This document shows positions 21,295 to 34,385 of a DNA stretch of 40,343 nucleotides, piece by piece. The stretch spans positions 1,825,584-1,865,926 of the forward strand of contig JAWQFM010000011.1 in assembly GCA_033442325.1 (NCBI GenBank). Reading direction: 5' to 3'. The position numbers and the translations under genes were made by a program. This stretch comes from Salpingoeca rosetta. Its lineage: Eukaryota > Protista > Choanoflagellata. The notes below the pieces were generated by a model. The model was not told the origin of the DNA, ran no database searches, and saw nothing but the letters and a program-made list of their open reading frames with translations. How positions within the stretch are numbered: position 1 is the first letter of the stretch; the number at the start of each line of letters is the position of its first letter.

Positions 21295-24200
21295 TAGTAC
21301 TCATTCACACGCACGTACACGCATGTACACATGCATACCAACACACCACAGCAGACATTGGCTGTGGGGTGGTTGCACTGACGTGTGTCTCACATGAATC
21401 AATCTCACAACTCAAATGTGCGTGTGTGCGTGTGCGTGGCTGCAGGCGGGCGTGTGCGGTTTCCCCAACCGAATCCCCTTCCTCCTTTCCCAACCAATCG
21501 CCTTTGCTCTGTGTTGTCATCATCATCAGCCTTCCCCATGTGATGTGGAGTTGTTGAGGCGTGATCGAGACAGCGGCCAACACAGGTATTTCAGCAGTGG
21601 TGGATGTGGTGGTGATATCGTGTGTTTGCTTGCTTGCTCGCTTGGATGCTTGCTTCGTTGGTCTTGTGTGTATCTGGTTCACCCGCCTACATCATGCTGT
21701 ATATTCCCATGCGTGGTCCCTTGTGTCCCTCCTTTCATGTCCTCACCATCACCGGTCATTGTTGTTCGTCTCTGGTTGGTTTCTCCTTGCCTCACAGGCA
21801 TACACGCAGGCAGGCATGCAAGCTTGTGCTGCTGCTGGTGCTGCTGTGATGTTGGCCGTGCGTGTGCATGTGCGCTGTGCACCGTGTTTGGGGCTGTACC
21901 GATGAGGACAAGGAAGGACACGGCCCGTGCCCGCCACTCTTCCCCCTTCATCTCCCCTTTCTGCTCCATCAGCGATGACGATGGTGGCCGCGGCATGTGA
22001 TTGCGGTTCCCTTGTTTGGGCTTTGCTGTGGCACATCGGCTGGCTGGCTGGCTGGCTGCAGCAAGCACAGGTGAGGATGATCGTTGGCGGTTGGTTGGTT
22101 GGTTGGTGGGCTATATTGTGTGGAGTCGTGGGAAGCAGGGGAAGGATGGAAGTAACACGGTGGTGGTGGTGATGGTGGTGCGACGTGGGAGTGCAGAGCG
22201 AAAGGAGGGAGAGGGAGGGGAAGGGATGGAGGGCGATGATGTTGGTTGGGGGATGGGGGTGCGCTTACACATGCACGTGAAATCGTCTGGTGGTAATATC
22301 ACATGACAATGACACACACATCAGCGGCTCATTCCTTTTCTGTTTGTGATTGTGTGATTGTGCTGATGACTGCAGCAGGCAACACACTGCGGTGATGCTG
22401 GATTGGGTGGGCTGGGGTTGACTGGCCATCGTGTCGTGTCGCCCATTTCTCTCTCTCCCTCCCTTGCTCATCTCAACTGGGAACACACACAGCGATGTGT
22501 GCGTGTACATGCGTGTGCATCGCCATCAACCACACCGACAGCGACACGATGCACGAGGTGAGGGCACGCAATGCTGTGTGTGTTTGGTGGAAGGGGGTTG
22601 AGGGGAAGTTGGGAGGAAGGCGTTCATCATGGCCATCATCACCACCACGGCTGTGCACCTGGTCATGTGACCGTGCATTTGGGGGATGGAGATGGGGAGA
22701 GAGATGCTGTCGTTGTTGTGGTTGTGGTGGTTGTGGTCGCATTGCTGTGTATGAGTGTGCATGGTGGTGCACCATCTCACTCTGCAATGCCATGTGTGTG
22801 TGTGTGACTGCAGATGTGCGTGCGTGTGCGCATATGTCAGGCAGATGCGTTGATCGACGACGAGGTGTGTGTGTGTGTGTGTGTGGTTGACCTTTGTGTT
22901 CTTGTTCCATCACAACACAACGCACACAACCAACCACATCATCATCATTCCACCTCGTGTGTTGTTGTTGTCCACTCATGCATGGCATGCTCACACCCAC
23001 CCCTCCCCTTGCTTCTTCTCCTTCTTCCTCCTCCCTGCTGCTGCCACCCCTTCCACTGTTTCCCTCCAACCCCTTTTTCACACACACAGAGGAACCCATC
23101 TGCATCCAAGACACACCCACATCCACACGCATGCCACGCCATGGCGAGCTGTGCCACCTCAACCAACCCAACCCAACCCAGGCCAAGGAAGAGGAGGAGG
23201 GAAAGCACGGACACAAGACGTGGGGCTCCCAACAGATGTGTGTGCGTGTGTTGATGGACGGTGTTCTCCTTCCCCCCCCCCTCCATCGCCTCGCCTCTTG
23301 CTTTCATGGCGATCTGGCTAGGTGGCTGTTGCCCCCTCCCCTTGTTTGTTTTCTCTTCCAGCCTTTGTGGCTGTTGGTTGTCTGTTATGACTGTGAGAAG
23401 GAGGAGGAGGAGGAGGAGGAAGCGAAGAAGAGAGGAGGTGAGGGGATGCATGCTGTCCACAGCTGTGTGTGTGTGTGTGCGTGTGTGCGTTTGGTTCTTC
23501 TTCTTTTCCATCCCCCCTTTCTTCTCCCCTTCTCTTCTCCGTTCCCCTCCTCAGCCTGCAAGGCCTGTGAACCTGCGTTGCATTCACGCACACAGTGCTG
23601 TTCCCCCTTCTTCTTCTCCTTCTTCTTCTCCTTCTTGTCTCATTGAAACCAACCAACTCAATCAACCAAGCCAAGCAAGCAAGTGAGCAAGTCCGCCCTT
23701 CAACAAGCAAACGCAGAAAGCAAACAGCAGTTGCCGCACAAACGCAGGAGTGGGCGATTATTTGTGGCATCTTCCACAAATCGCCCAAACACGAACCAAC
23801 AAGACCAAACACACACAACAGAGCAACAGGCGAAACGCGAATCAAGGTGCGTGCGTGTGTGGAGTGAGTGGGAGGTGGTGGCTTGCGTTGTTCGTGTGCG
23901 TGGCTGGCGCAGGGTTGGTGGAGAGGAGGGAGAGGGTGCGCGTTGAGACGGGCACTCACTGGCGGTCCTGTTGTGGGTGGTCTCGTTTGGTTCCATGGAC
24001 TGTGTGGGGTGTGGTGGGTGATGTTGTGATGGTGCGCAGGTGCAAGCAGAGAACACGCACAGCAGCGACCACACCATGGATGTGTGCAGGGCCAAAGGCA
24101 TGCAAGGCGTTGCCCACGGTCAGTGAGGCTGACATATGTGCTGCACAGGCCCATGCCACGCTGGCACCGTGAGTTTGGGTGAGTTCTGTCAATTGGTTTG

Positions 24201-25199
24201 ACTGCTGTGTGGGTGCGTGTGATTGTGTATGTGAAGGAGGGAGAGTGGGACGTGGCTGTGGTGGGTGTTGTGACCTCACACGCTCTCCTGCTGCTGTGGA
24301 TGCATTTGGCTCACACGCACAGACACACACACACACAGAGGGATGATGGGCTGCATCGACCCACACACATGAGTGTGTGAACACACACACACACACACGC
24401 ACGCTGACAGGCAGTCTGATGCCACCTCACGGTGCGTTGCACTTGCATGTGCGTGACTGTGACTGTGTGTATGTCGTTCATGCTGTGTCTGCTTGTGATT
24501 CACACTGTGTGTGTGTGTGTATGTGTGGCTGCTTGCTTCCCTCTGTCTCACATACCTGTGTGTGTTTGGATGGTGACACACACACACACACACAGTGAGT
24601 GAGTGGGTGTGCAGGCACACATCCTCACACACAGCCAAGGCAGGCAGGCAAGGCAGGGCAAGGCATACTCTTCCTTCTCTCCTCTGCTGCCATCACCACT
24701 ACTGCATGGATGGTCCAGTGGATGCAAGGGGTGTTGGATGATGCTGGCTGGCTGATNNNNNNNNNNNNNNNNNNNNNNNNNNNNNNNNNNNNNNNNNNNN
24801 NNNNNNNNNNNNNNNNNNNNNNNNNNNNNNNNNNNNNNNNNNNNNNNNNNNNNNNNTTGTGAGTGTGGCGGTGGAGCAAAGGAAGCAGAAGCGCTAACAT
24901 TGCAGGCAGTAGCACGCATGCGCGAAGAGAGAAGGTAAAGTGGGAAGAGGAGAAGGCGATTGCAGCGAGCTTCTTATGCACCTGATCATATCGCTGCTGG
25001 AGGCGAGAGAGGAAGCGCAGGTGATGTCTGAGAGTGAATCCAAGAAGCGAGGCGATGCTGCTGAATGAAGTGGAGTGGCGTGGAGTGAAGTGGGGCGACA
25101 GAGCGGTGTGTGAATGAAGGTGTGTGAGTGATGGTGTGGATTGATAAAGGGTCGATTGCAGGTGCGTGCAGGCATGGTGGGTGAAGCAGTGACGCAGCG

Positions 25200-25980
25200 C
25201 TGAGTGAGTGGAGGAGTGTTGTCAAGTGAACAAGGTGGAAGCAAGGGAAGTTGTGGGTACTTGCAAGCAACACGCACAGAGCAAGCAAGCGTACTCACGA
25301 GTGTCTGCAGCGAGCATTGGGGTGTAGTGGAGTGAATCCAATGCAAACAGGGGAAGTTGTGAGTGGTTGCGAGTGAGTAGACGGGTGTAGTGGAGTGAAT
25401 CCAATGCAAGCAGGAGAAGTTGTGAGTGCCTGCGAGTAAGTAGACGGATGTAGTGAAGTGAATCCAATGCAAGCAGGAGATGTTGTGAGTGCTCGCGAGT
25501 GAGTAGAGGGATGTGGTGGAGTGAATCCAATGCAAGCAGGAGAAGTTGCGAGTGCTCGCGAGTGAGTAGAGGGATGTGGTGGAGTGAATCCAATGCAAGC
25601 AGGAGAAGTTGCGAGTGCTCGCGAGTGAGTAGAGGGATGTGGTGGAGTGAATCCAANNNNNNNNNNNNNNNNNNNNNNNNNNNNNNNNNNNNNNNNNNNN
25701 NNNNNNNNNNNNNNNNNNNNNNNNNNNNNNNNNNNNNNNNNNNNNNNNNNNNNNNNAGTAACACAGTAAGTTGACGGATGTAGTGGAGTGGATCCAATGC
25801 AAGCAGGAGAAGTTACCAATGCTTGCGAGTCACACATCAGTGAGTACACGGATGTGGTGGAGTGAATCCAATGGAAGCAGGAGATGTTGTGAGTGCTTGC
25901 GAGTCGTACAACAGTGAGTAGAGGATTGTTGTGGAGTGAATCCAACGCATGTAGGAGAAGCTACGAGTACCTTCGAGCAA
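25200..25980. repeat. 63-bp tandem minisatellite, about 10 visible copies, interrupted by an assembly gap
   Basis: Unit GAGTAGAGGGATGTGGTGGAGTGAATCCAATGCAAGCAGGAGAAGTTGCGAGTGCTCGCGAGT at 25501 and 25564. Copies diverge toward both edges. Gap at 25657-25756. Confidence 0.92.
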
Positions 25981-27002
25981 CACAGTAACACTGCACAATC
26001 GCATGCAAGTGTGTCTGCCGTGAGCAGAGGATCGCTACTCGTCCATTCCATTTCAATTAGAAACACGTTCCCGTGCCTGCAGGCAACATCTACACACACA
26101 CGCATGCATACAGACGTGCACACGTGTCCCTTGCGCTGCACCTCGTCGTTCTCTGCCTACTTGCTTGTCTCTTGTGCAATCACATGGAAACGAATCCATC
26201 CTCGCTGCTCTACTCCGCAGTTCCTCTGCTTTGCTCCTTCTTGCTTCAGCGATGCGTGCCTGCAGGCAAGTAGAAGTGCGCACAGTGCAGTGTGCTCGCA
26301 CACACGTGTGCCTGCAAGCCAGCTACGTGGTCTTGTGCCTGTTGCTGCAGCTCATGGCATGGTGCAGTGACGTTTGCTCGTCTGCTCACTTGATCACCGG
26401 AGTAGGGAGACTGGCGCAGTGAAGTCAAAAAGCGGGTGCAGAAAAAGTGCGATCATGTGATGAAAAAAGCCCCAAGCTGTGACGAGTAGTGTCTGAACAC
26501 TGCGTCGCGACGCACCAGTGCAGCTGCAGCATGCAGCGTACGCAAGCGCAGCAAATTGCATGCAAGCATTGGTTGGTCACGGGCCAGGGGAATTTGGGGT
26601 ATGAGCAATGTGAAGAATCTTGATGCAGTGAAGCTGTGCGCACTTGCTAGATCCAGTCACAAATCTAGATCTAGCAGAGTCACTGAATCTAGATTGCGGT
26701 GCCTGCAGGCAAAGTGCAGGGTTAGGGCAGCGATTCAAACAGCCTGCCGCTTCGATGGATTTGCATAACTTGAGGGGAAGGATGCAAATGAGCCAGACAA
26801 AAAAAGGAAAAGAGAGGCAAAGGCAAAGACCCGCTTGAATAGAAGCGCAGCAAAGAGCAAGGGAATGGCGCTGAACAGGATTGCTTCGGGCCCAAAAACC
26901 GGNNNNNNNNNNNNNNNNNNNNNNNNNNNNNNNNNNNNNNNNNNNNNNNNNNNNNNNNNNNNNNNNNNNNNNNNNNNNNNNNNNNNNNNNNNNNNNNNNN
27001 NN

Positions 27003-27111
<109 letters not shown>

Positions 27112-27249
27112 CGGGGGTGTAAGACGGGAGGAAAAAAAACACACACACACACACATTCGCCAATGCATCATCTGACTCATTGCAGCATGTGCATGGCAAA
27201 AGTGGTACTCTCAACCATGCCACAGCCACAAAACCGGTTCGAAGAGCAC

Positions 27250-29418
27250 CTTTGTAGCAGGAGCGAAGTGGCTGCTTGGCGCCAAGGGTCGACTCCAGCT
27301 GACGCGAGAGCTCGGCTGTATCGATGCGAAGCGCAGACACGCGTGCGGATTGGGAGGACAGCGTGCGAAGGTCGTGGCGGCCCTGATGTGGTGCAAGGCG
27401 CGGGGAAGAGTGCAATGGGCAGTGGTGAAGGTGGGATAGACACATCACATGCGTGCGTGTGTGTGTGGGTGAGTGGGTGCGTCTGCGAGCTGTCAACCTT
27501 GCACTGCAACCTAGGTAGAATTGGACACCACTGCGATTGTGTTAGCGTGCCACGCACCTTGTCCAGCAGCATGGAGAGAAATGCATCTGCTGTGTTGGAT
27601 TTCACTTGTGGCGCATCAAAGTCGCCGCCAGGGAATTGCAACAGCAGCACCTGCTCATGGGCGCCACAAACAAACAAACGGTGTCAGGGACGGGGAGCAA
27701 GACCACGAATCCTTTCTCCCTCCACTTCAGCACACACAAACGCGCCACATGTTCCCTTTCTCGCCCCTGAACTAACACACGCAAGCACACGTGCGCACCT
27801 CCAAGCTCTGGGCTCCCTTTGTCATGAGCAGTTTCCCCGACGCATCGCGTGCGTAACGCGTGACGAAGCAGTGAAATGTGGGATTTGGTCCCCAGCGTTT
27901 CAAAACGCCGCGGCCAGCAATGCCTGTCCGTCCGCACGGGTTTCTTTGACGAGGGTAGATCCAAACCAATCAAGCAGCACGTAAGTGAGTGAGTGTGCGT
28001 TGCAAACCCCTCTCTGTATGTCCCTTTCCCTCCTCCCCTCCTCCTGTCTCACAAGTCCTGGCTCTCCTCCTTGCCTCTCGTGCCTCCTTTTCCATCGTGC
28101 GAGCGCAACTCACAGCGGGCGGTTGTTGAAGACGACATATGTTCCGGCGACACTTCGTCGATCAACGCCGTCCTCCGCTGCAATGCCGCTCGCATTGAAC
28201 CTGAAAACACACACACACACACACGGGGTACGGGGGTGCACTGTGAGATACCAGTGTGCACACAAACACACAACCACAAACACAAACACAAACACACAAA
28301 CACACAAACACACAAACACACAAACACAAACACACAAACACACAAACACACAATTCAAACACCAGGCATACCCAACACAACGTCACACAAACATGGAGCG
28401 CTAGAACTGGAGATGATTGCAAGCTCAAAAGTGAAACAACTCATTTTGAAATGATTTCCAACCTGATGGAAGATGGGTCCTGCGGATCCGCGTCCCCAGC
28501 TGAAAGGACAGCTGTTGCCGTGTAGTCGGCAGGCTGGTATGACACATCGTTTTCCAGCCAGCTTCGCTGCAACACGGCACCTTTGATCACACCGGGCACG
28601 TTTGCATACAGTGACCGCTGTGATGCGTGACCCGTGCTGGTGTCCGGCGTCGGCGATGTATGTGTGTTGTCAGCGTTGCTCCTCCCGGCGCGAAGGTGGT
28701 CGCCACCATCATCACTGTCACCATCATCACCACCATCATCACCGTCGTCGTGAATGTCTGCGAACCCCCTGTATTCGTCGGTGCTGTCTCCGCGTGTGAT
28801 GCTTGCACGCGCCCTCGTTTCACGCGTCGTACTCCTGCCGATGGTCATGGTGGTGGCAGTGGTGGTGGTGTTGGTACTGCTGCTCATGCTGTTGTTGGCG
28901 ACAATGGTGATGTACGCATCCTCTGCCTCTCGTGCCACCACATCAACGGTTGGAGAAAAGGAGCGAGGTGGCGGTGGGGTGCTGGTCCTGTGGCGCTGGT
29001 CCCTGCGCAACCCACGCCCCTCATGCCGTTGCTGCTGGCTGTCATGATGGTGTCTCTCACCACCATCGCCACCATCGCCACCACTGTTGCCACTGGTGTT
29101 GCCAGGCACCTTGTCGTGTGTCGGAGACACGACAACGGGCGTGATGGTGGAGAATGATCGCCCACTGCCTGCGCGCTGCGGGAGTGGAGAGCCGCAATAT
29201 GGGTTATTGCGGTGCTGCACGGGGGGATTTCGTGGCGAGCGAACAACTGGGCTTAAGCGACCAGCCGTGTCCACAACCGTCACCGCCCGCGCCCACTGAG
29301 CGATTGAGTGGTCGGTTAATGGTGATGAGAAGGGAGTGAGCAGGGAGGAAAGGATGGGCAACTGATGACACGGTAAGCACGCGCACATCCTCACACACAC
29401 ACACACGCGCACACACAT

Positions 29419-29501
<83 letters not shown>

Positions 29502-29739
29502 CACACACACCCCACCCCCCTACATACACACACCCAAACTCACCCTGACGCGTTTCGCCTTTGCAGGAACCGGGCTTGAGGGCGGCTTGATGCTGCTGCG
29601 GCCTGGCTTGTCTGCGGATGCACGGAAATGAAGAGTGAGTGGTGACAATGGTAGCAATGGTGATGGCAATACGGTGAGTAAAGACTTGGAAAGAACGAGC
29701 TCAAGGGGTGGGATGGCGTGAGACCAACAAGAGTACAGA

Positions 29740-29787
<48 letters not shown>

Positions 29788-30903
29788 ACACACACACACC
29801 GCAACACAATGCACAAAAATCTCAGCCACAGCCACGCTGCCACTCTCGTCACAAGTTGTTGACGCCACGCATCGTGCATGCCGGCTGTCGTACGTCTGAG
29901 GAGGAGGCCAGGATCACTCCACGTGCGACCATCGCGCCGCTGGCTTGCTTGGAGACGGTGGGGGTGGGGTGGATGTTGGCTGTGACGATGGTGGTGGTGG
30001 TGGCTGTGGCGGTGGTGGACGGGCGATTGTCGATGATCAGGCTTGCGAGATGACAGTGGGGATGATGGTGGGGATGATGCGAGCAAGGACAGCGACTGTG
30101 CACGGCGAATGTGAATGCTATCGTGCAACCTCCTGCGCCCAAGTGTCGGTGAGTCTACGGAGACGCGTTCAGAGACGGCCCGCTGCGCCAAATGCGTTTG
30201 AGGCTGACTGCCCACTCGCGTCGGTAGCGGTGAGCCCCTGTATCGCGACTGATGCTGCCGTTGCTGCTGTTGTGGAGGCGGTGAGTGCTGTTGTTGCTGT
30301 TGTGGAGGCGGTGAGTGCTGTTGTTGCTGTTGTGGAGGTGGTGAGTGCTGTTGTTGCCACAATGTAGACGACGGTGGCGACGGGGAAAGTGCGCTGCCAC
30401 CCACGTCGTGACTCATCTGGAAACGCGTCAGAACAACGCCTTCGCTGGGCTGCGGCTGTTGTTGTTGGTGGTGCTGGTGGTGGTGGTGGTGCTGGTGGTG
30501 GTGGTGGTGGTGGTGGTGGTGGCGACGACCCAGTCTTGAAATGTCCGTGTCACTGGACGACAGGCCCGGAATGGGATCGCGGAGGGCGAAACGTCCATGC
30601 AACGTGGACGCGCTGACGTCATACGATGCATGCGACGATGACGATGCAAGACCTTCATCATAATCCTCATCATCATCACCCTCATCATCATCATCGTCGT
30701 TGTCGTTGTTGTTGTCATCATTATCGCCATTGTCACCGCCGTAGCCACGCTTGTACGTGCTGTCGTCAGCACCAACGCTGCCATTGTAGTTGTAGGTGGA
30801 CGCTGCGTGTTGGTCTTGGGTGCCGTGTTGCCTCAACGCAGCGCTGTTGTCCTCCGTTGTGGATTCAGACAGTAACGCCTCGTCCCCAAACCCAAACGAC
30901 GAG

Positions 30904-30941
<38 letters not shown>

Positions 30942-30962
30942 ATGTGTGTGTGCATGTGCGTG

Positions 30963-31001
<39 letters not shown>

Positions 31002-32003
31002 GTGCGTGTGTGCGTGTGTGCGTGTGTGCGTGTGTGTGCGTGTGTGCGTGTGTAAGGTACGCGGTTCACACGCCATAAACCAGTAAAGCAAACATATAAC
31101 ACGCGCTCACTGCTTCCTCAGATGACCAAACCACGACAGGACAACAACCGTACTTCTTCGAGTGCTTCGCCGCTGGCCCCAATTCCTCAAGCAGCGCTCG
31201 GAACTGGGATGTGTCGCCCTCGACAACACCGGCCAGGTGGTCGTCGTTGCTGTTGCTGTGCAGTGCTGCATCTGCAATTCGCGCGTCGTTCTCTGCACGC
31301 ACACGCGCCATCAGATCCTCCTGCGATGACAGCATTGGGGGGGATGGTGGTGGTGGTGGTGATGATATGAGTGTAAACATGGGATTAGCAAGGTGGTGTG
31401 TTGATGGGACCAAACATGGTGTGGAGTTAAAATCGCGGGAACGACATGTGCAACCAAACACACAAGCAGCACACATCAACACAAGCAGCAATACAGCACA
31501 CACAGTAAAGTCCCTCACACACACACACATGCACACACAGACAAACACACACACACACACATCCACGCACACACAGACACACACACCTCGTAATCGTCTG
31601 TCTTTGCCGCCTTCGAGGCGAGAGATTGGAACACCGTCTCCCGCTTTGCGTTCTTTGAGCGAATGGCGATGGCACGGAGTTGAATATCACGCGCCTGCTT
31701 ACTGATGCCCTCTTTCGTCGTGTCTGCATACTCCTGCACAACCACCTGCTGAAACGGGTCATCGTGTGTACGATCACCACTGTGGTGCGTTGTCTTCGGC
31801 TCCTCAATATACCGCCCAATCGTGCCCCGCACATCACGCCGCTTCCCGTGCGTCGTGCGCGACGGGTCTGGCGACGACGGTGATGGTGTCAGTGCTGATG
31901 ATAATGATGATGCTGGTGGTACTGGTGGCGCTGGTGGTGTGGGTGTCGCTGCTTCCGTGTCGCTGTGCGCGTGTTCATGTGCCGATGGCGGTGGCGACAT
32001 CAT
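27250..32003 (-). CDS. Long low-complexity (His/Gln/Ser/Asp-rich) protein with a C-terminal NUDT9-homology (ADP-ribose pyrophosphatase-like) domain; 3' end probably lost in the gap at 26903-27002
   Basis: Phase-consistent GT-AG model: 32003-31587, 31320-31154, 30903-29894 (donor uncertain), 29611-29544, 29295-28463, 28200-28114, 27943-27799, 27650-27558, 27382-27250. Spliced C-terminus: [104 protein letters not shown]...LRSCYKG, colinear with NUDT9/TRPM2 NUDT9-H. The start codon is uncertain; upstream exons are possible near 32556-32584 or in the gap. Confidence 0.8.
30250..30360 (-). repeat. 30-bp coding tandem repeat (QQQQQHSPPP x3)
   Basis: Three near-identical copies of TGTTGTGGAGGCGGTGAGTGCTGTTGTTGC on the plus strand. 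Confidence 0.85.
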
Positions 32004-32116
32004 GGACGACGGGTGGCGGGACTGTGCCAGCGCTGGATGAGGTGTTTTAACCATGCAGAGGAGGTTGGTAAATGGGGCAAGTGTGAACACCCGTGTGTGT
32101 TGTGTGCGTGTGTGTG

Positions 32117-32175
<59 letters not shown>

Positions 32176-32697
32176 NNNNNNNNNNNNNNNNNNNNNNNNN
32201 NNNNNNNNNNNNNNNNNNNNNNNNNNNNNNNNNNNNNNNNNNNNNNNNNNNNNNNNNNNNNNNNNNNNNNNNNNNTCGTTGTTATGCTTTCTCTGCTGTG
32301 TTCACTTCATTTATTGCACCCCGCTGTTCATACGTCGTTTGTTACCCCATAAGTGTTCTTTTCTTTGTCAGCACTGGCTACTTGGTGCATTGTTACACAC
32401 ACACACACACACACACACTAACACACACACACACACACACACACACTAACCCATGCACACACGCGCGCGTGCGCGCCTCCTTCTTCTCCCCCTCCATCTC
32501 TCTGCTCCCTCTCATGTCACATGCTGGGTTGTCCAAGCAAGTAATCGTCGCTCACTTTGCGTTCATTGGCGCCTTGCTGGTCATTGCGTTTCCTTGATGT
32601 TGCTTGTGATGAACTTTGACATGAGCTGAACCAAAAGGCGAGCAAGTCACATGGGGCTTACAGAGACAGAGAGAGGGGGAAGAGAAAGCATGCGTCA

Positions 32698-32776
<79 letters not shown>

Positions 32777-32920
32777 CCATCAAGTGTTGGCGATTGGTTG
32801 GCATTTTCCATAACTTTCGGCGATCGACCGCCAGCGACAACACCCAAGCAGCTCTTTGCACGCACTCTGTCTGGTTGTCGCACTCCCACACCAACAGATA
32901 TACCTCAGCACCAGGCAAAG

Positions 32921-34044
32921 ATGTCGAGCCAAGATGCGGCGCCAGCCCCGCAGTTCAAGAAGAAGAAGAGAAGGGGCAACCTCAAGAAGAGGGAGAAAGC
33001 CAGCATGGATGACATTCTGAAGGCAGACGAAGACGTCGCGTGAGTCTCACTTGGAATCAACTGTAGCACAATCGTTGCGACTCTCGTTGAACAGCATTCT
33101 CGGCCTCACTCGCAATATGCTCATTCACTTCCAACGCGCGTGCGTGCGCTGGTGGTTGCTTGACGCTCTAGGGAGAAGATCGAGGCAGCCCTCGAGGAAC
33201 AGAAGCTGAGAAGTCGGGAGCAGGGCATCAGGTATGACGACAAATTCGACATGCGTTGCCCATCTGATTGAATGCATGCATGCTGCGCGTCACCCTCGTG
33301 TTCGAGCGGACAAACAGATCCTGTCGCTGTTGATGATCCATCTTGTTCGCGGCTTTCTCTCATGTAATCACCCCCTCTTCCTCTGTGGACACAACCAGTG
33401 CCGAGGAATTGGCCAAGCGTGACGAGGAAATTGACGAGGAGGTGAGCCGATTGCTTGATACCCTATTCCCCCAAAGTGTGTGCCGGCATCCCAAGGAATC
33501 GCTGCAATTTGCTGTGGCTGTGCCTTGTTTCTCATACGTACATGTGCGGTACCGACGCTGTTGGGTTTTGTAGGAAGAGCAGCTGATTCAGTACGGTCTT
33601 CAAACAAAGAAGAGCAAGACTTCAGGGTATGTGCACCTTGTACACTTACGCGTGTGTGTGTGTGCGTGTGTGTTTGGTCATCAACCACCAGCTTTGAGGA
33701 CCTATCAGCAGTACACGCACACACGTGCACACATACGTACACACGCACACACGTGCACACATACGTACACACGCACACACGTGCATGCATACACCCACAT
33801 CCTTTTCGCCGGCTCATAGCCATCGTTGAACTTTTCCCCTAATTATGAACCTGCAGCGGTGCGGACGATGATGCCATGAAAGGAATTGAAAAGGCATTCG
33901 CAGAAGAGACTGGCCGGCTCGACAGAGACAAGGAAATGTAAGCTGGAGGACATGTGTGTCTGTGTCTATGGGTGAGCATGTGAATGTGCACCGTTGCACA
34001 TGTGTCTCGATCACACAAGCCACGTGTTGATGTATCAATCTTAC

Positions 34045-34112
<68 letters not shown>

Positions 34113-34340
34113 ACGCCACCAGGCTGCAGTACATCAAGGAGAAGCTGCAAGAGAGTGAAGGAAAAAAACCGACCGGCAAGCAGACGAGCAAATATGAGCA
34201 GATGATGGCGTCGCTGTACAAAGTCCCGGAACGGCTGCAGGTCCGCATGCGCTGTGTTGTGGCGTATTGTGTTTGTGAGTGTTGCATGTTGTGTTGCATG
34301 TTTTGTTGTGAACTGTGCTGTGGGTACATGTGGGTGCGAA

Positions 34341-34385
<45 letters not shown>

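Noticed and set aside
17200-24750. Dozens of 60-370 aa ORFs (poly-CV, poly-HT and similar)
   Set aside because: They are translations of CA/TG and other simple repeats, with no recognisable domain and no consistent exon chain.
25200-25980. CRISPR-like array
   Set aside because: Units are contiguous tandem copies without unique spacers, the context is eukaryotic, and no cas genes are present.
27163-27984. 273-aa plus-strand ORF
   Set aside because: Antisense shadow of the NUDT9-like exons, with no independent motif.
28110-28113. Stop codon ending the minus-strand gene after NNRPL
   Set aside because: The TGA lies within a GTGAGT donor; splicing to 27943 restores the NUDT9 motif [10 protein letters not shown].
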